A stretch of 64,000 nucleotides of DNA from Candidatus Latescibacterota bacterium. GTDB lineage: Bacteria; Latescibacterota; UBA2968; UBA8231. Under the pieces are notes generated by a model. It was not told the DNA's origin. It worked only from the letters and a program-made list of their open reading frames with translations, and ran no database searches. Shown in pieces: positions 47,877 through 56,801 of the stretch; positions within the stretch are counted from its first letter, which is position 1, and each line of letters begins with the position of its first letter. Location of the stretch: contig CBDFJF010000002.1 of assembly GCA_965248265.1 (NCBI GenBank), positions 4,032,001 to 4,096,000 on the forward strand, written 5' to 3'. Position numbers and translations under genes: made by a program.

Positions 47877-50285
47877 TCAGAATACCAGTACGGAGACGGA
47901 TTTCTGTATGATGGCGATGGCGACCGCGGCCATCCCCATCAGGGCCATGCCGCAGGCAAAGCCGACGGCCAGGATCGGCGCGTATTGCCGCCATTCCTGC
48001 TTGCCGTATTTCTTCCAGAAATAGTATCGCGCCAGCAACGCCCCGATGAACTCCGTGATCATGAAATGCGGTATCGTCGTCAGGGCCCTCACCATTCCGA
48101 ACACGAACAGCAAGGGGAAACCGAGCATGGAGAGGACGATGTAGAGGAGCAATACAACCCCACCTCCGGCGGCCACGGCTTTGGGTTTCCAGGCGCGCAT
48201 CAACCAGGACTCGTCCGTTGACCGCTGGATCCAGGGACTGGTGAAGTTGGGATCGGTGTCCACGGCAAAGTAGTAATGCCAACCGGCCGGCAATGGCGTT
48301 GCGGCATCTGCCCGCAACTGTGGCCTGGCCGTGCGCACAATGCCGACATCGGCGGCTGGCGCCACGGCAACCACCGCTGGACCAGACCACTCCTCATCAT
48401 CTACCGTGCGATTGCTGAGGGCTCCCGGGGGGAGCTCGGGCAGAACCCCAGGATCGCCCTCCCGGGTAAAAGCATAGAACGCCCGCTTTTCCGACCACGG
48501 GCCGGCGTCGCCGCGCTCGCCTTTGGAATCGATCCACTCCTGACTGGCAGAGCGAACCTTCCAGTACCACCAGCTGTCACCCACCAGGTTGGCGGGGGTG
48601 TAGACGACTCCGGCGTCGGTCGTCTCCATCGTGCTCCTGAGCGTCCCTGTAAACCAGATGCAGGTCTGCATCGCCCGCAGCCTCCACATCTGCTGGGCGT
48701 ACGGGTACGAAGCGGAGGGAATCGGCGCCAGCTTCCACAGGTAGGAGGAGTACAGGAACGTGGAAAGGAGCACGATCGGCACCATCATGACCTCAGCCTT
48801 GATGATGCTGGTAAAGCTGGTACCGGTCAGCTCGATCTCGCGAAATTTCTGCGTTTGAGCGCCGTAGTTGTCGATTGGAAATGGCACGAACCAGATATCG
48901 ACGCCCGGGTACCCCGACAGTAAAATGGTCGCTTCCCGCACGTAGGGGATCGCAACGGTCTGTCCGACCATACCCACCAGGCGGGCGGAAACGAAGGACT
49001 GTAACGGGGTAAAAATGAACGCGAAGAACAGGAAGAAATACATAAAGCGACTGATTCCCGGCATCAGCAGCCATGCCATCAGTACCAACCCGCCCATGGC
49101 CACCATGTAGAGGCCGATGGCGATCCATATGGGAAAATCACCGCGCCCCGGCGGCGGCTCCATGCGTGAGCGGCCCTCCCCACCTGCTACCCGTTTTTCC
49201 GCTCTCGCTGTCCGAATGCCCTTGGTCAGCTGATAGATGCCGATGAGGGCGATGGCGAAGGTGGAGCCGATCCCGAAGCTCATCCAGAAATCGACACTGT
49301 TCATGAAAAAGGTGTCGATGGCTCCCATACCTGGCTGCCAGGTCGACAGGATGCCCATCTCGTGCAGGATGGGGTTGGCGATAGTGGCTGCCAGAATGCC
49401 GAAGAAGCCCCCCATAACGCCCCAGAAAGGCATCACCATGCCCGAAAAAATAGGACCCAGGTGGACGGTGAAACCCAGCGGTGTGGCCGGAATGAAGTTG
49501 CCGCTGATCTGCGTGAAATCGACAAACGGGATCGGCAACAGCTGCACCGGTTCGGTCAGAATGGCGCCGGTGATGGCCGGAATTGCAACGTAGAGGGCGC
49601 CGAAAACGAGTCCGATCATGGCGCCGGCCGAAAACACCCTCCAGCGCCAAGACTCCACTCCCTGCGTCGACTCGGCAAGCGCCGTGGCGCCCTGTGCCGC
49701 TACGGGGGCGAATGGAAACGGCAGACGCTCGTAGTCCGAATTGATCCGGAACAGGGTGTAGGCGGCCGAAAACCAGGACATCCGCGAGATCACCATGCTG
49801 GCGACGAGTACGAGGATCGGCACGAACCAGTCGGCGTGCAGGAAGGTCCGGTTGAGCAGGGCCGGAGAGCCCAGCGGCGGCGCCCACCAATCGGGAAAAA
49901 GATTGGCGATTCCGAACTGCGTGGCGGCTGGAGACTGGCGCAGGTACTGATTCCACAGCAGCCCCTCGAAGGCACCGGTTTCGGCGGCGATCAGGCCGGA
50001 AGCGACGTAGAACAACACGTAGACTTCCTGGCGCGACAGGGTCGTGAACGAGCGCTTGGTGATCTCGGCGAAGAGGATGATGGTCACCCACTCGGCCGCG
50101 GCTCCGAGAGAGCCGCCGACCATCAGGCTCAGGTACATGTTGCCGGGAATCATGATGAAGGCGACGAACAACACTCCGACGATCGAGCGGCTGGTGAAGC
50201 CGTCCTCGAAGCGGTCGGGAACCTCCATCAAGCTGCGGTATTCCTCAATCTCCTGATTGGGATTGGATCCTTTACGCCAGAACAA
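47877..50285 (-). CDS. OPT-like (oligopeptide transporter superfamily) membrane protein with an inserted soluble domain
   Basis: Many TM helices; YERLPFPFAPVAAQGATALAE and APIPSASYP motifs; GGAGG RBS before TTG. Confidence 0.75.
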   Translation of the reverse strand: MFWRKGSNPNQEIEEYRSLMEVPDRFEDGFTSRSIVGVLFVAFIMIPGNMYLSLMVGGSLGAAAEWVTIILFAEITKRSFTTLSRQEVYVLFYVASGLIAAETGAFEGLLWNQYLRQSPAATQFGIANLFPDWWAPPLGSPALLNRTFLHADWFVPILVLVASMVISRMSWFSAAYTLFRINSDYERLPFPFAPVAAQGATALAESTQGVESWRWRVFSAGAMIGLVFGALYVAIPAITGAILTEPVQLLPIPFVDFTQISGNFIPATPLGFTVHLGPIFSGMVMPFWGVMGGFFGILAATIANPILHEMGILSTWQPGMGAIDTFFMNSVDFWMSFGIGSTFAIALIGIYQLTKGIRTARAEKRVAGGEGRSRMEPPPGRGDFPIWIAIGLYMVAMGGLVLMAWLLMPGISRFMYFFLFFAFIFTPLQSFVSARLVGMVGQTVAIPYVREATILLSGYPGVDIWFVPFPIDNYGAQTQKFREIELTGTSFTSIIKAEVMMVPIVLLSTFLYSSYLWKLAPIPSASYPYAQQMWRLRAMQTCIWFTGTLRSTMETTDAGVVYTPANLVGDSWWYWKVRSASQEWIDSKGERGDAGPWSEKRAFYAFTREGDPGVLPELPPGALSNRTVDDEEWSGPAVVAVAPAADVGIVRTARPQLRADAATPLPAGWHYYFAVDTDPNFTSPWIQRSTDESWLMRAWKPKAVAAGGGVVLLLYIVLSMLGFPLLFVFGMVRALTTIPHFMITEFIGALLARYYFWKKYGKQEWRQYAPILAVGFACGMALMGMAAVAIAIIQKSVSVLVF

Positions 50286-50342
50286 CGGTCTCGTTCCCTC
50301 CCTCCGCGATCAGATCACGGAAAACAATCCTCGGCCGGGTGC

Positions 50343-53300
50343 TCATGCGGAAACTTCCGTCCGCTGGCCGGTCAGGATCTCTTCGCCCTGCTGCCGGTAG
50401 GACTCCTTGGCGTCGCTCTCGACTGTGCGCCAGATCAGAAACTGCTTCCGAATGACGTTCATGAAGCGCTGATTGACTCGTCTCCAGGAAGCATCTTCTC
50501 CACTGAGCCTGCGGATGTCCAGTGTTATCTGATAGATCTGTTGCTGTTCGGGTTCTGGTACGGCACTGATGACGACGTGCTGGCTTACTCCCAGATCGAA
50601 GGGCGCCAACCAGATGTTCATGTCGATGTTGTACCCGGAGGCGACTCCCGCATCGAAACGAGAAAGGCGAGCGCCGTCTGTGTAAAAGGTTCCGATCGAC
50701 TCCTCACTGTAGGAGTCGAAGTAGCCGATGAGGAACACGCTGAGCCCGAGGACATCGTGGCCGCTTACCGTAAACGGAAACTCGAAGTGCCACTCATCTC
50801 CCTCGGGCGAAGGCAGGCGCCACTTCCGCGTGACGTCCGGCACGGCCATCTGCGACGCCTTGCGAGCCGGATAGAGGGTCGACAGGATGACGACGGCCAT
50901 TACCAGCAGACAGGAGAGCACCGCTGACAATGAAGAGTAGTTGAGCGTGAAACCCGTTATCACCTGCAGCTTCATCATTGCGGTGGCCACAATCTGTCCA
51001 CTGAGATAGCCGGCGACGACCCCAAGAACCGCGTAGACACAGGATTCGGCCACGAACAACCACGCAATGTGACCGGGGGCCAGGCCGACTGAAGAATAAA
51101 TTCCGATCTCGCGCAGACGCTCGTAGACGCTGCCCATCATCGTGTTGAGGACGATCAGTGCGGCGATGAGGATGGGAACGAAGAGATTCGCTATTCCGGA
51201 AAGCGAAGTCATGCCGAGAGAGCTGTAGATGGAGACCTTGATGTAGTCGTCGTCTGGATCCTGGGCGCCGGCGAACAAAGTTACCGCGAGGCGGGAAAGA
51301 AAAGTCTCAATTTCAGCGCGCACGTCAATACCGGGTTCGAAGCGCACCGCCACAGACTGCAGCGGATTGCCGCTGCCGACGTTGCGCAGCGTCTGGTAGG
51401 GTATGATCAGGGTGTTCGCCGGTTCCAGATGGACGAAGGGCTTGATGACCACCTTCGAGTCCTCCAGTCCCTGCTTCTCTCGCTCTTCCTCCTTGGCCAT
51501 GTCCTGTACCGCCTGACCACCCGTCACCGCGAAGTCGGCGGGAGTTATGACTTCGTCATCGAGATCCTTGAGCGCCTTCATGCGTTTCGAGTCGATGATG
51601 CCGACGACGGTGAACATCTCTCCGAACACCCGGATCTGGACGCTGCCAACCTCATCGGTATCGAAATTGAGGTTGTCGACTCCGATCATCTCGCTGGGCA
51701 GTATGCAGACTTTCTCCTCTCCCGGGAGAAACCACCGTCCAGCGATCAGACCCGTGTCGAGTCCGGTGACCAGCTTTTCCTGCGGTGTCAATCCGAGCAC
51801 GCCCAGTGCATCGTGGGCGTTGCCATCGTGCATCAACTTGACGTGGACCTTCTTCTTGTTGTCGTACCAGCTGCGCGGGGCGACGGTGCCGATGCGGCCG
51901 AAATTACTCTCGGCGTACTCCAGCACGGATGTCTCGAGAGGAATCCATGCCTTGCTGCGGATGAGGATGCCCTCGTAGAGCCCCTCGTTGTCTCGCTGGA
52001 TTTGATTGAAGCGCAGAGAGGTCTGAATCGAAGTAAAAGACAGTACCGTAAACGTCAGCAGCAGCAAGGTGAAGAAGGTCAACACGGTCCGCAGTTTGCG
52101 CCGCTTCATATTCGAGATGCCGAGCATGAAGGCAGTCAGGGATGCGCTCGAACGGCTGACGTCGGTATCGTGCACGACGGCCACTTCCGTGCGCAGCTTC
52201 TTCATCTGCTCGTTGAAGCGACCGCCGATGATCCACATCACCAGCGAGGCCAGCGTCAAAATCACGAAACCGAGTAGAATGACGAACGGGTTTGACAGCT
52301 CAAAAGCCGGATGCACGGCGGACAATACCAGCCAGATCGCGGCGAAGACGAAGACGAACCCGAAGATCTGGTTCTTGATCGTGGCCGCGGTGATCAACAG
52401 GCGCTCAGTGAAGTAGGCGCAGGGGAGCACGAGTGCCATGAAGAAGATGATGCCGCGGATGACGTCGTTCTGCGTCGATTTGACGTCCGGATAGGCCCTC
52501 GACTCGAGACCGATCCCCGCGCGGGTGTGCTTGGTGAAGGCACTCCAGTCCCTTTCCGCTAGCGCCGCCTCGGCCAGGTCGATCTCTTTCTTGGCCCGGC
52601 CGTGCAAGTCGTTCAGACGCTCGTTTTGTATGGCGAAGCTCTTGAGCTCCTGCATGCGGGCCTCGTCGAGCATCCACATGTCCTTCGCCGCTCTGAACGA
52701 GGTGCGGCTGAAGGAGGATCCAGGTCCGATGTCGAACCCGTCACCCAGGGCGCGCTCCTTGTTTTCGGCGGACTGGGAGTTGAGCAACAGATAGCGAAAA
52801 CCCAGGATATCAGCTCCGAAGCCCATTTTTACTACTGTGCCGGGACGGGCGAAGAGGACACCGACGGGCTCTTCGAGCGCCGAAGGCCCCTCGCCGATGG
52901 AATATCCGTACTCCACCGGGGCCGTGTTGGTGTCATCGAAGACCTGGACCTGAGCCAGCTTGGTCAGGTAGCGGGGATCGACGATATCGAAGTAATTGTA
53001 GGCCTGGCAAGGGAAGAGGATGACCATCCAATCCTTGTCCCGCCAGTCCATCTTGATGAGCATTCCGTAAGATCCGCCCTCGGTGTTTCCACGGTCCGGA
53101 GCGTAGGTCACTTCCCCGGTGGCGGGATCCAGGTAATATCCCTCGACTTGCAGCTGGTTGACGCGAATGCGGTTGACGTGAAACGCGCCGCGATCGTCGA
53201 CCACCTCGAAGTATTCCCCGCGGACTCCCTTGTAGGATTTCTTCTTACCGTTGCGCAGCACGGCGACGGCGCCCTTGCGGGGAAGATCGGGGACGATGCT

Positions 53301-55190
53301 GCGGCGAGGGAAAATCATCGTGCGCCCATTCAGGGTGCGCAACGTATCCTTCAAGCGCATCTTGAAATCGGGGAACAGCTCCGCGTCCTGGAAGGCCAGA
53401 TGGAACATGCCGGCGAGTACCCGTATCTGTTTTTGCAGATTCAGGTAGTTCACCTTGTCAGCCTTGTCCAGGGGGGTATCGACTAGGAAACGAGCGTCGT
53501 TCACGGTCACGAACGCCAGCGCTGGGGTGCCGGTGTCGAGGACGAGTTCGCTGTTGACGGATATCTCCCCCGGCACGAACGATTCCCAGTTCTTGCCTCC
53601 CTCGGGACTGATGCCATTGACGAGAACGTCTCGGAACAAGTATCCCAACTCCCGGCTTATCTCGCGGGAGTAGTTCATGAAGTTCTTGCCGAACGGTGCG
53701 AAGTAGCGCTTGTAATAGAAGCTGGTGTTGCTGTTCCAGACCCCTAGTTCGTCGGTTTGCGTCGACAGATCGAGGCTGATGAACAGTTTGACACTCAACG
53801 TATCAACCTTCGGCGTGGCCCACTCGTGCAGGAACTGCAACCGCAGGTCCTCGTCCCGCATCAGATTCTGCACCAGGACCTGACGGTTCTCGAAGGACCT
53901 GTCCCCTATCACGAGGGAAGCGCTGGCGCCTTTTTCCTCCCCCATGGCACCGAGGTCGCCACGTTGCAGTATGCTCTGAACCAGCGCCGTATCGACGTCG
54001 GCCACGTGTTGGATGAGAGATTCCTTGCCCAGGAAATTCTCTTCCCCGAGGTGATAGCGCACCCCCTCGCGCTCGATGATGCCCTGTTCGAGGGCCACCT
54101 CGACGGCCCTCCGGAACACCATGCGGTCGACGAAGGGATCCTCTCTGCGCAGATACCGCTGGATGAAATCGTCGATGCCGCGCAGACCCAGGTGATGGGC
54201 TGATGTGGCTAGCAACACGATCGTACGGGGGGCGGGATGCTCTCTGAAATAAGCAGCCAACTCCAGCAAGGCCGCGATTCCGGCCGCTTGCTCAGCGCCG
54301 GGTGCCAGACCTGGAACGACGGACATGGCGTCGTAGTAAGCCTCGAGAACGATGACGTCGTCCTTGAGAAGTGGATCGTAACCGGGGACCTGACCCACTA
54401 TGTTCCAGGCCTCACGGCGCTCCCAGTCCATGCGGTATTCGAAGTGCGCCTGGAGTTGGCGATCCTCCTGGGAAGCGCCTGTCTGCCCGATCTTCGATCG
54501 CAACCACGCCCCATCCTCCTTCGACACCCAGAAACGGGGTACATCGAGAGGCATGGTAAGGAATTTTCTCTCACCTTCCAGGTACACGGTAGAGTCGGGT
54601 TCGATGAAAACGACACCCGCTGCACCGAGATAGGCAGGGTTCAGCCAGTTATCACCCGTGTTGAAATCCATCAACACGTAGGCCCCCTCCAGATCCTGAC
54701 CATTCATCGCTGAAAACTCACCGGATCCGGCGTCTATCAGGCGTGCATCAACCCCACCGTCGGGAAGCGTCGATGTCCGCACCAGATTGGGCCATAGTCC
54801 ATGCAAAGCGATCGCGCGGTCATCACCGCCAATGTGCAGAAACCCACCTTTTTCAACTGGAATGGAGATGTCATAGGTGTGTGCGGCGACCTTGTGGAGG
54901 CCAAGGTCTTCAAAGGCGGCCTGGATGAAGGAGGCAGCCTGATCCGCTCCGGGGTATCCGACTACGCGAGATCCCAGACCGGCAAGATACCCGATCGACT
55001 GCTCGAGCTGCTCTTTCTTGGCCAGCCCTCGCAACGCATCGTAGTCCAACTCGGTCGCCGCCGCTGGCAACTGACTGGCAATGGCAACGGCAACAGCCAC
55101 CAGACCTTTTCGCGCGAAATCAGTCAATCTCCCCCTTCTCTTGATACGGTAATTTTGAATGGTCCGAGATTCTGATTCAGTCGAATACAT
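50343..55190 (-). CDS. Giant fusion: signal peptide - PA/M28 peptidase-like - TM bundle - MacB/FtsX-type permease
   Basis: GSRVVGYPG, EAYYD...APGAEQAAGIAALLELA (M28-like), NMKRRKLRTVLT, NTMMGSVYERLREIGIYSSVG and YPARKAS (FtsX). Alternative TTG start at 55127. Confidence 0.85.
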   Translation of the reverse strand: MYSTESESRTIQNYRIKRRGRLTDFARKGLVAVAVAIASQLPAAATELDYDALRGLAKKEQLEQSIGYLAGLGSRVVGYPGADQAASFIQAAFEDLGLHKVAAHTYDISIPVEKGGFLHIGGDDRAIALHGLWPNLVRTSTLPDGGVDARLIDAGSGEFSAMNGQDLEGAYVLMDFNTGDNWLNPAYLGAAGVVFIEPDSTVYLEGERKFLTMPLDVPRFWVSKEDGAWLRSKIGQTGASQEDRQLQAHFEYRMDWERREAWNIVGQVPGYDPLLKDDVIVLEAYYDAMSVVPGLAPGAEQAAGIAALLELAAYFREHPAPRTIVLLATSAHHLGLRGIDDFIQRYLRREDPFVDRMVFRRAVEVALEQGIIEREGVRYHLGEENFLGKESLIQHVADVDTALVQSILQRGDLGAMGEEKGASASLVIGDRSFENRQVLVQNLMRDEDLRLQFLHEWATPKVDTLSVKLFISLDLSTQTDELGVWNSNTSFYYKRYFAPFGKNFMNYSREISRELGYLFRDVLVNGISPEGGKNWESFVPGEISVNSELVLDTGTPALAFVTVNDARFLVDTPLDKADKVNYLNLQKQIRVLAGMFHLAFQDAELFPDFKMRLKDTLRTLNGRTMIFPRRSIVPDLPRKGAVAVLRNGKKKSYKGVRGEYFEVVDDRGAFHVNRIRVNQLQVEGYYLDPATGEVTYAPDRGNTEGGSYGMLIKMDWRDKDWMVILFPCQAYNYFDIVDPRYLTKLAQVQVFDDTNTAPVEYGYSIGEGPSALEEPVGVLFARPGTVVKMGFGADILGFRYLLLNSQSAENKERALGDGFDIGPGSSFSRTSFRAAKDMWMLDEARMQELKSFAIQNERLNDLHGRAKKEIDLAEAALAERDWSAFTKHTRAGIGLESRAYPDVKSTQNDVIRGIIFFMALVLPCAYFTERLLITAATIKNQIFGFVFVFAAIWLVLSAVHPAFELSNPFVILLGFVILTLASLVMWIIGGRFNEQMKKLRTEVAVVHDTDVSRSSASLTAFMLGISNMKRRKLRTVLTFFTLLLLTFTVLSFTSIQTSLRFNQIQRDNEGLYEGILIRSKAWIPLETSVLEYAESNFGRIGTVAPRSWYDNKKKVHVKLMHDGNAHDALGVLGLTPQEKLVTGLDTGLIAGRWFLPGEEKVCILPSEMIGVDNLNFDTDEVGSVQIRVFGEMFTVVGIIDSKRMKALKDLDDEVITPADFAVTGGQAVQDMAKEEEREKQGLEDSKVVIKPFVHLEPANTLIIPYQTLRNVGSGNPLQSVAVRFEPGIDVRAEIETFLSRLAVTLFAGAQDPDDDYIKVSIYSSLGMTSLSGIANLFVPILIAALIVLNTMMGSVYERLREIGIYSSVGLAPGHIAWLFVAESCVYAVLGVVAGYLSGQIVATAMMKLQVITGFTLNYSSLSAVLSCLLVMAVVILSTLYPARKASQMAVPDVTRKWRLPSPEGDEWHFEFPFTVSGHDVLGLSVFLIGYFDSYSEESIGTFYTDGARLSRFDAGVASGYNIDMNIWLAPFDLGVSQHVVISAVPEPEQQQIYQITLDIRRLSGEDASWRRVNQRFMNVIRKQFLIWRTVESDAKESYRQQGEEILTGQRTEVSA

Positions 55191-55261
55191 CGGGCCAAAT
55201 TCGACAATAATACCGCCTTACGCAACAATCGAGGACCACGGAGGTCTGCCTGTTGGCCCGG

Positions 55262-55783
55262 TCAGCCCGAGCGTGAATCCATGCGTGTCAGTCCCTGGAG
55301 AATCCAATACACGACCAGACCGATCAAAGCGCCACTGAGCAATCCCCCCACGAGGAACAGTGGCAGCAGCGAAAACAGACCTGGCTGATCGATGTAGACG
55401 TAAGCCAACAACAGCTGAACGCCCTGATGCGTCACAGCTCCCATGATACTGATGCCGATCGGACTGAACAGCCACCCCGGGGCGTGTCGGGCGAGGCCCA
55501 TAATGCTCAGACTGGCCATGCCTGCGCCAGCACTGATCACGAAGGCAGGGCCGGCCAAGCTTCCAGTGAGCAGACCTCCGACCACGATCTTGATGCTGGC
55601 AACCACGAAAGCCTGGCGAACACCAAACAGCATCAGGGCCAACAACACCGCCCCGTTACCTAGACCCAACTTCATCCACGGCAGAGGTCGAGGTACGGCC
55701 GCCTCGATCACGAACAGGACAAGGGCTGTTCCCGCCACCAACGCCAGTCTGGCCAGACCAGATGTGCTGCTGGGACCGGTCAC
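55262..55783 (-). CDS. Gx transporter family / heptaprenyl diphosphate synthase component I-like membrane protein
   Basis: IEAAVP.PLPWMKLGLGN and SPIGISIMGAVTH.GVQL motifs. Confidence 0.85.
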   Translation of the reverse strand: MTGPSSTSGLARLALVAGTALVLFVIEAAVPRPLPWMKLGLGNGAVLLALMLFGVRQAFVVASIKIVVGGLLTGSLAGPAFVISAGAGMASLSIMGLARHAPGWLFSPIGISIMGAVTHQGVQLLLAYVYIDQPGLFSLLPLFLVGGLLSGALIGLVVYWILQGLTRMDSRSG

Positions 55784-56172
55784 TGAGTGACCGCATCCAG
55801 GTCAGGATTGGAACCGTCCACCCCCACAAGGCGTAGGATCACGCGATTGGGAAGACAGACGGCAAGCTCGCCCGCGTCGTGCATCCATCCTGTGTTCACG
55901 CAGATCTGGTGGCGGCAAGGCGACGACACGATCCTGGCCGCCGACGGTCCGATCTCGACTACCGTTACACCCAGTGGGCCGGCGTACTCAATTTTCTGTG
56001 GGCTAGTGAGTGTGTAGGGTCCGTCTGATCCCGCGGTGCTTTCGATGAGTGCTGCCCCCGCGGAGACGGAACCACCATCCGGAATGGCCAGTATCAACGT
56101 CGTCAAACCGACAGCGCCGATGACGATCCCGTCGCCTATTTTCAGTATGCCCATGGCCTGTCGGTGCCGCAT
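55780..56172 (-). CDS. NusG domain II (DUF1312) family protein
   Basis: GPLG.TVVEI...SSPCRHQICVNTGW...AVCLPNRV...DAV; AAGGAGG RBS before ATG 56172. Confidence 0.85.
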   Translation of the reverse strand: MRHRQAMGILKIGDGIVIGAVGLTTLILAIPDGGSVSAGAALIESTAGSDGPYTLTSPQKIEYAGPLGVTVVEIGPSAARIVSSPCRHQICVNTGWMHDAGELAVCLPNRVILRLVGVDGSNPDLDAVTQ

Positions 56173-56292
56173 CTGTCCCTCCTTGACATGCGCTTGAGGG
56201 ATGGCTAAGATTCGAACCTGCTGCAAACGCTACAATTTAGCAGTAGAAGCGGATCGGCACTATCACCGACAGGTCCCCACGCGGGAACGCAC

Positions 56293-56631
56293 ATGTACTG
56301 GTGGATAATAACCGTCGTCTGTATTTGCGGCGCCTTGCTGATACAGTACTTGTGTTCGAGTAAAATCCTGCGCATGAAGCAGGCCATCTCGATCAAGAGC
56401 ATGGCTCTGCGCGATGTGCGCGCGGAAGGTTCCCGCCTCGAGGAACAGGAACAGGAACTGAAGAATCAGCAGACCAGCCTGACGCATGGCATCAACCGGC
56501 TCCGAGGCGATCTCAAGTCGTTGATGCCCAGGTTGAAGGAGATGGAAATAGACATTCCCGACCCTGATTTTCCATTGAGTGAACTCGAAGACGACGCTCA
56601 GCCTGAGGCTGAGGCTGAGGCTGAAAGCTAA
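56293..56631 (+). CDS. Small single-TM coiled-coil protein
   Basis: N-terminal TM, coiled coil, acidic tail. Confidence 0.7.
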   Translation: MYWWIITVVCICGALLIQYLCSSKILRMKQAISIKSMALRDVRAEGSRLEEQEQELKNQQTSLTHGINRLRGDLKSLMPRLKEMEIDIPDPDFPLSELEDDAQPEAEAEAES

Positions 56632-56801
56632 ACCTGCCTACGCCTGTCCCTGACCCATTCCACAGCTGTTCGTATCGCTCACCGCCGTACCTGCATATCC
56701 TATTGACCTACACAGCCCCGTAAATCGACTCATCCCAGCCTGTTGAGTATATTGGTTGAGAAGCAAGCGTCATGTTCTTCTCGTGAAAGGACTTATTCCG
56801 C

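Noticed and set aside
47869-48390. N-terminal extension of track ORF 46855-48390
   Set aside because: It overlaps the OPT-like gene in another frame and has shadow-like composition. ATG 47868 fits the operon spacing.
49362-52277. Long plus-strand ORFs (49362-50927, 51429-52277) and similar antisense ORFs elsewhere
   Set aside because: They are antisense shadows of well-supported genes, as expected at high GC.
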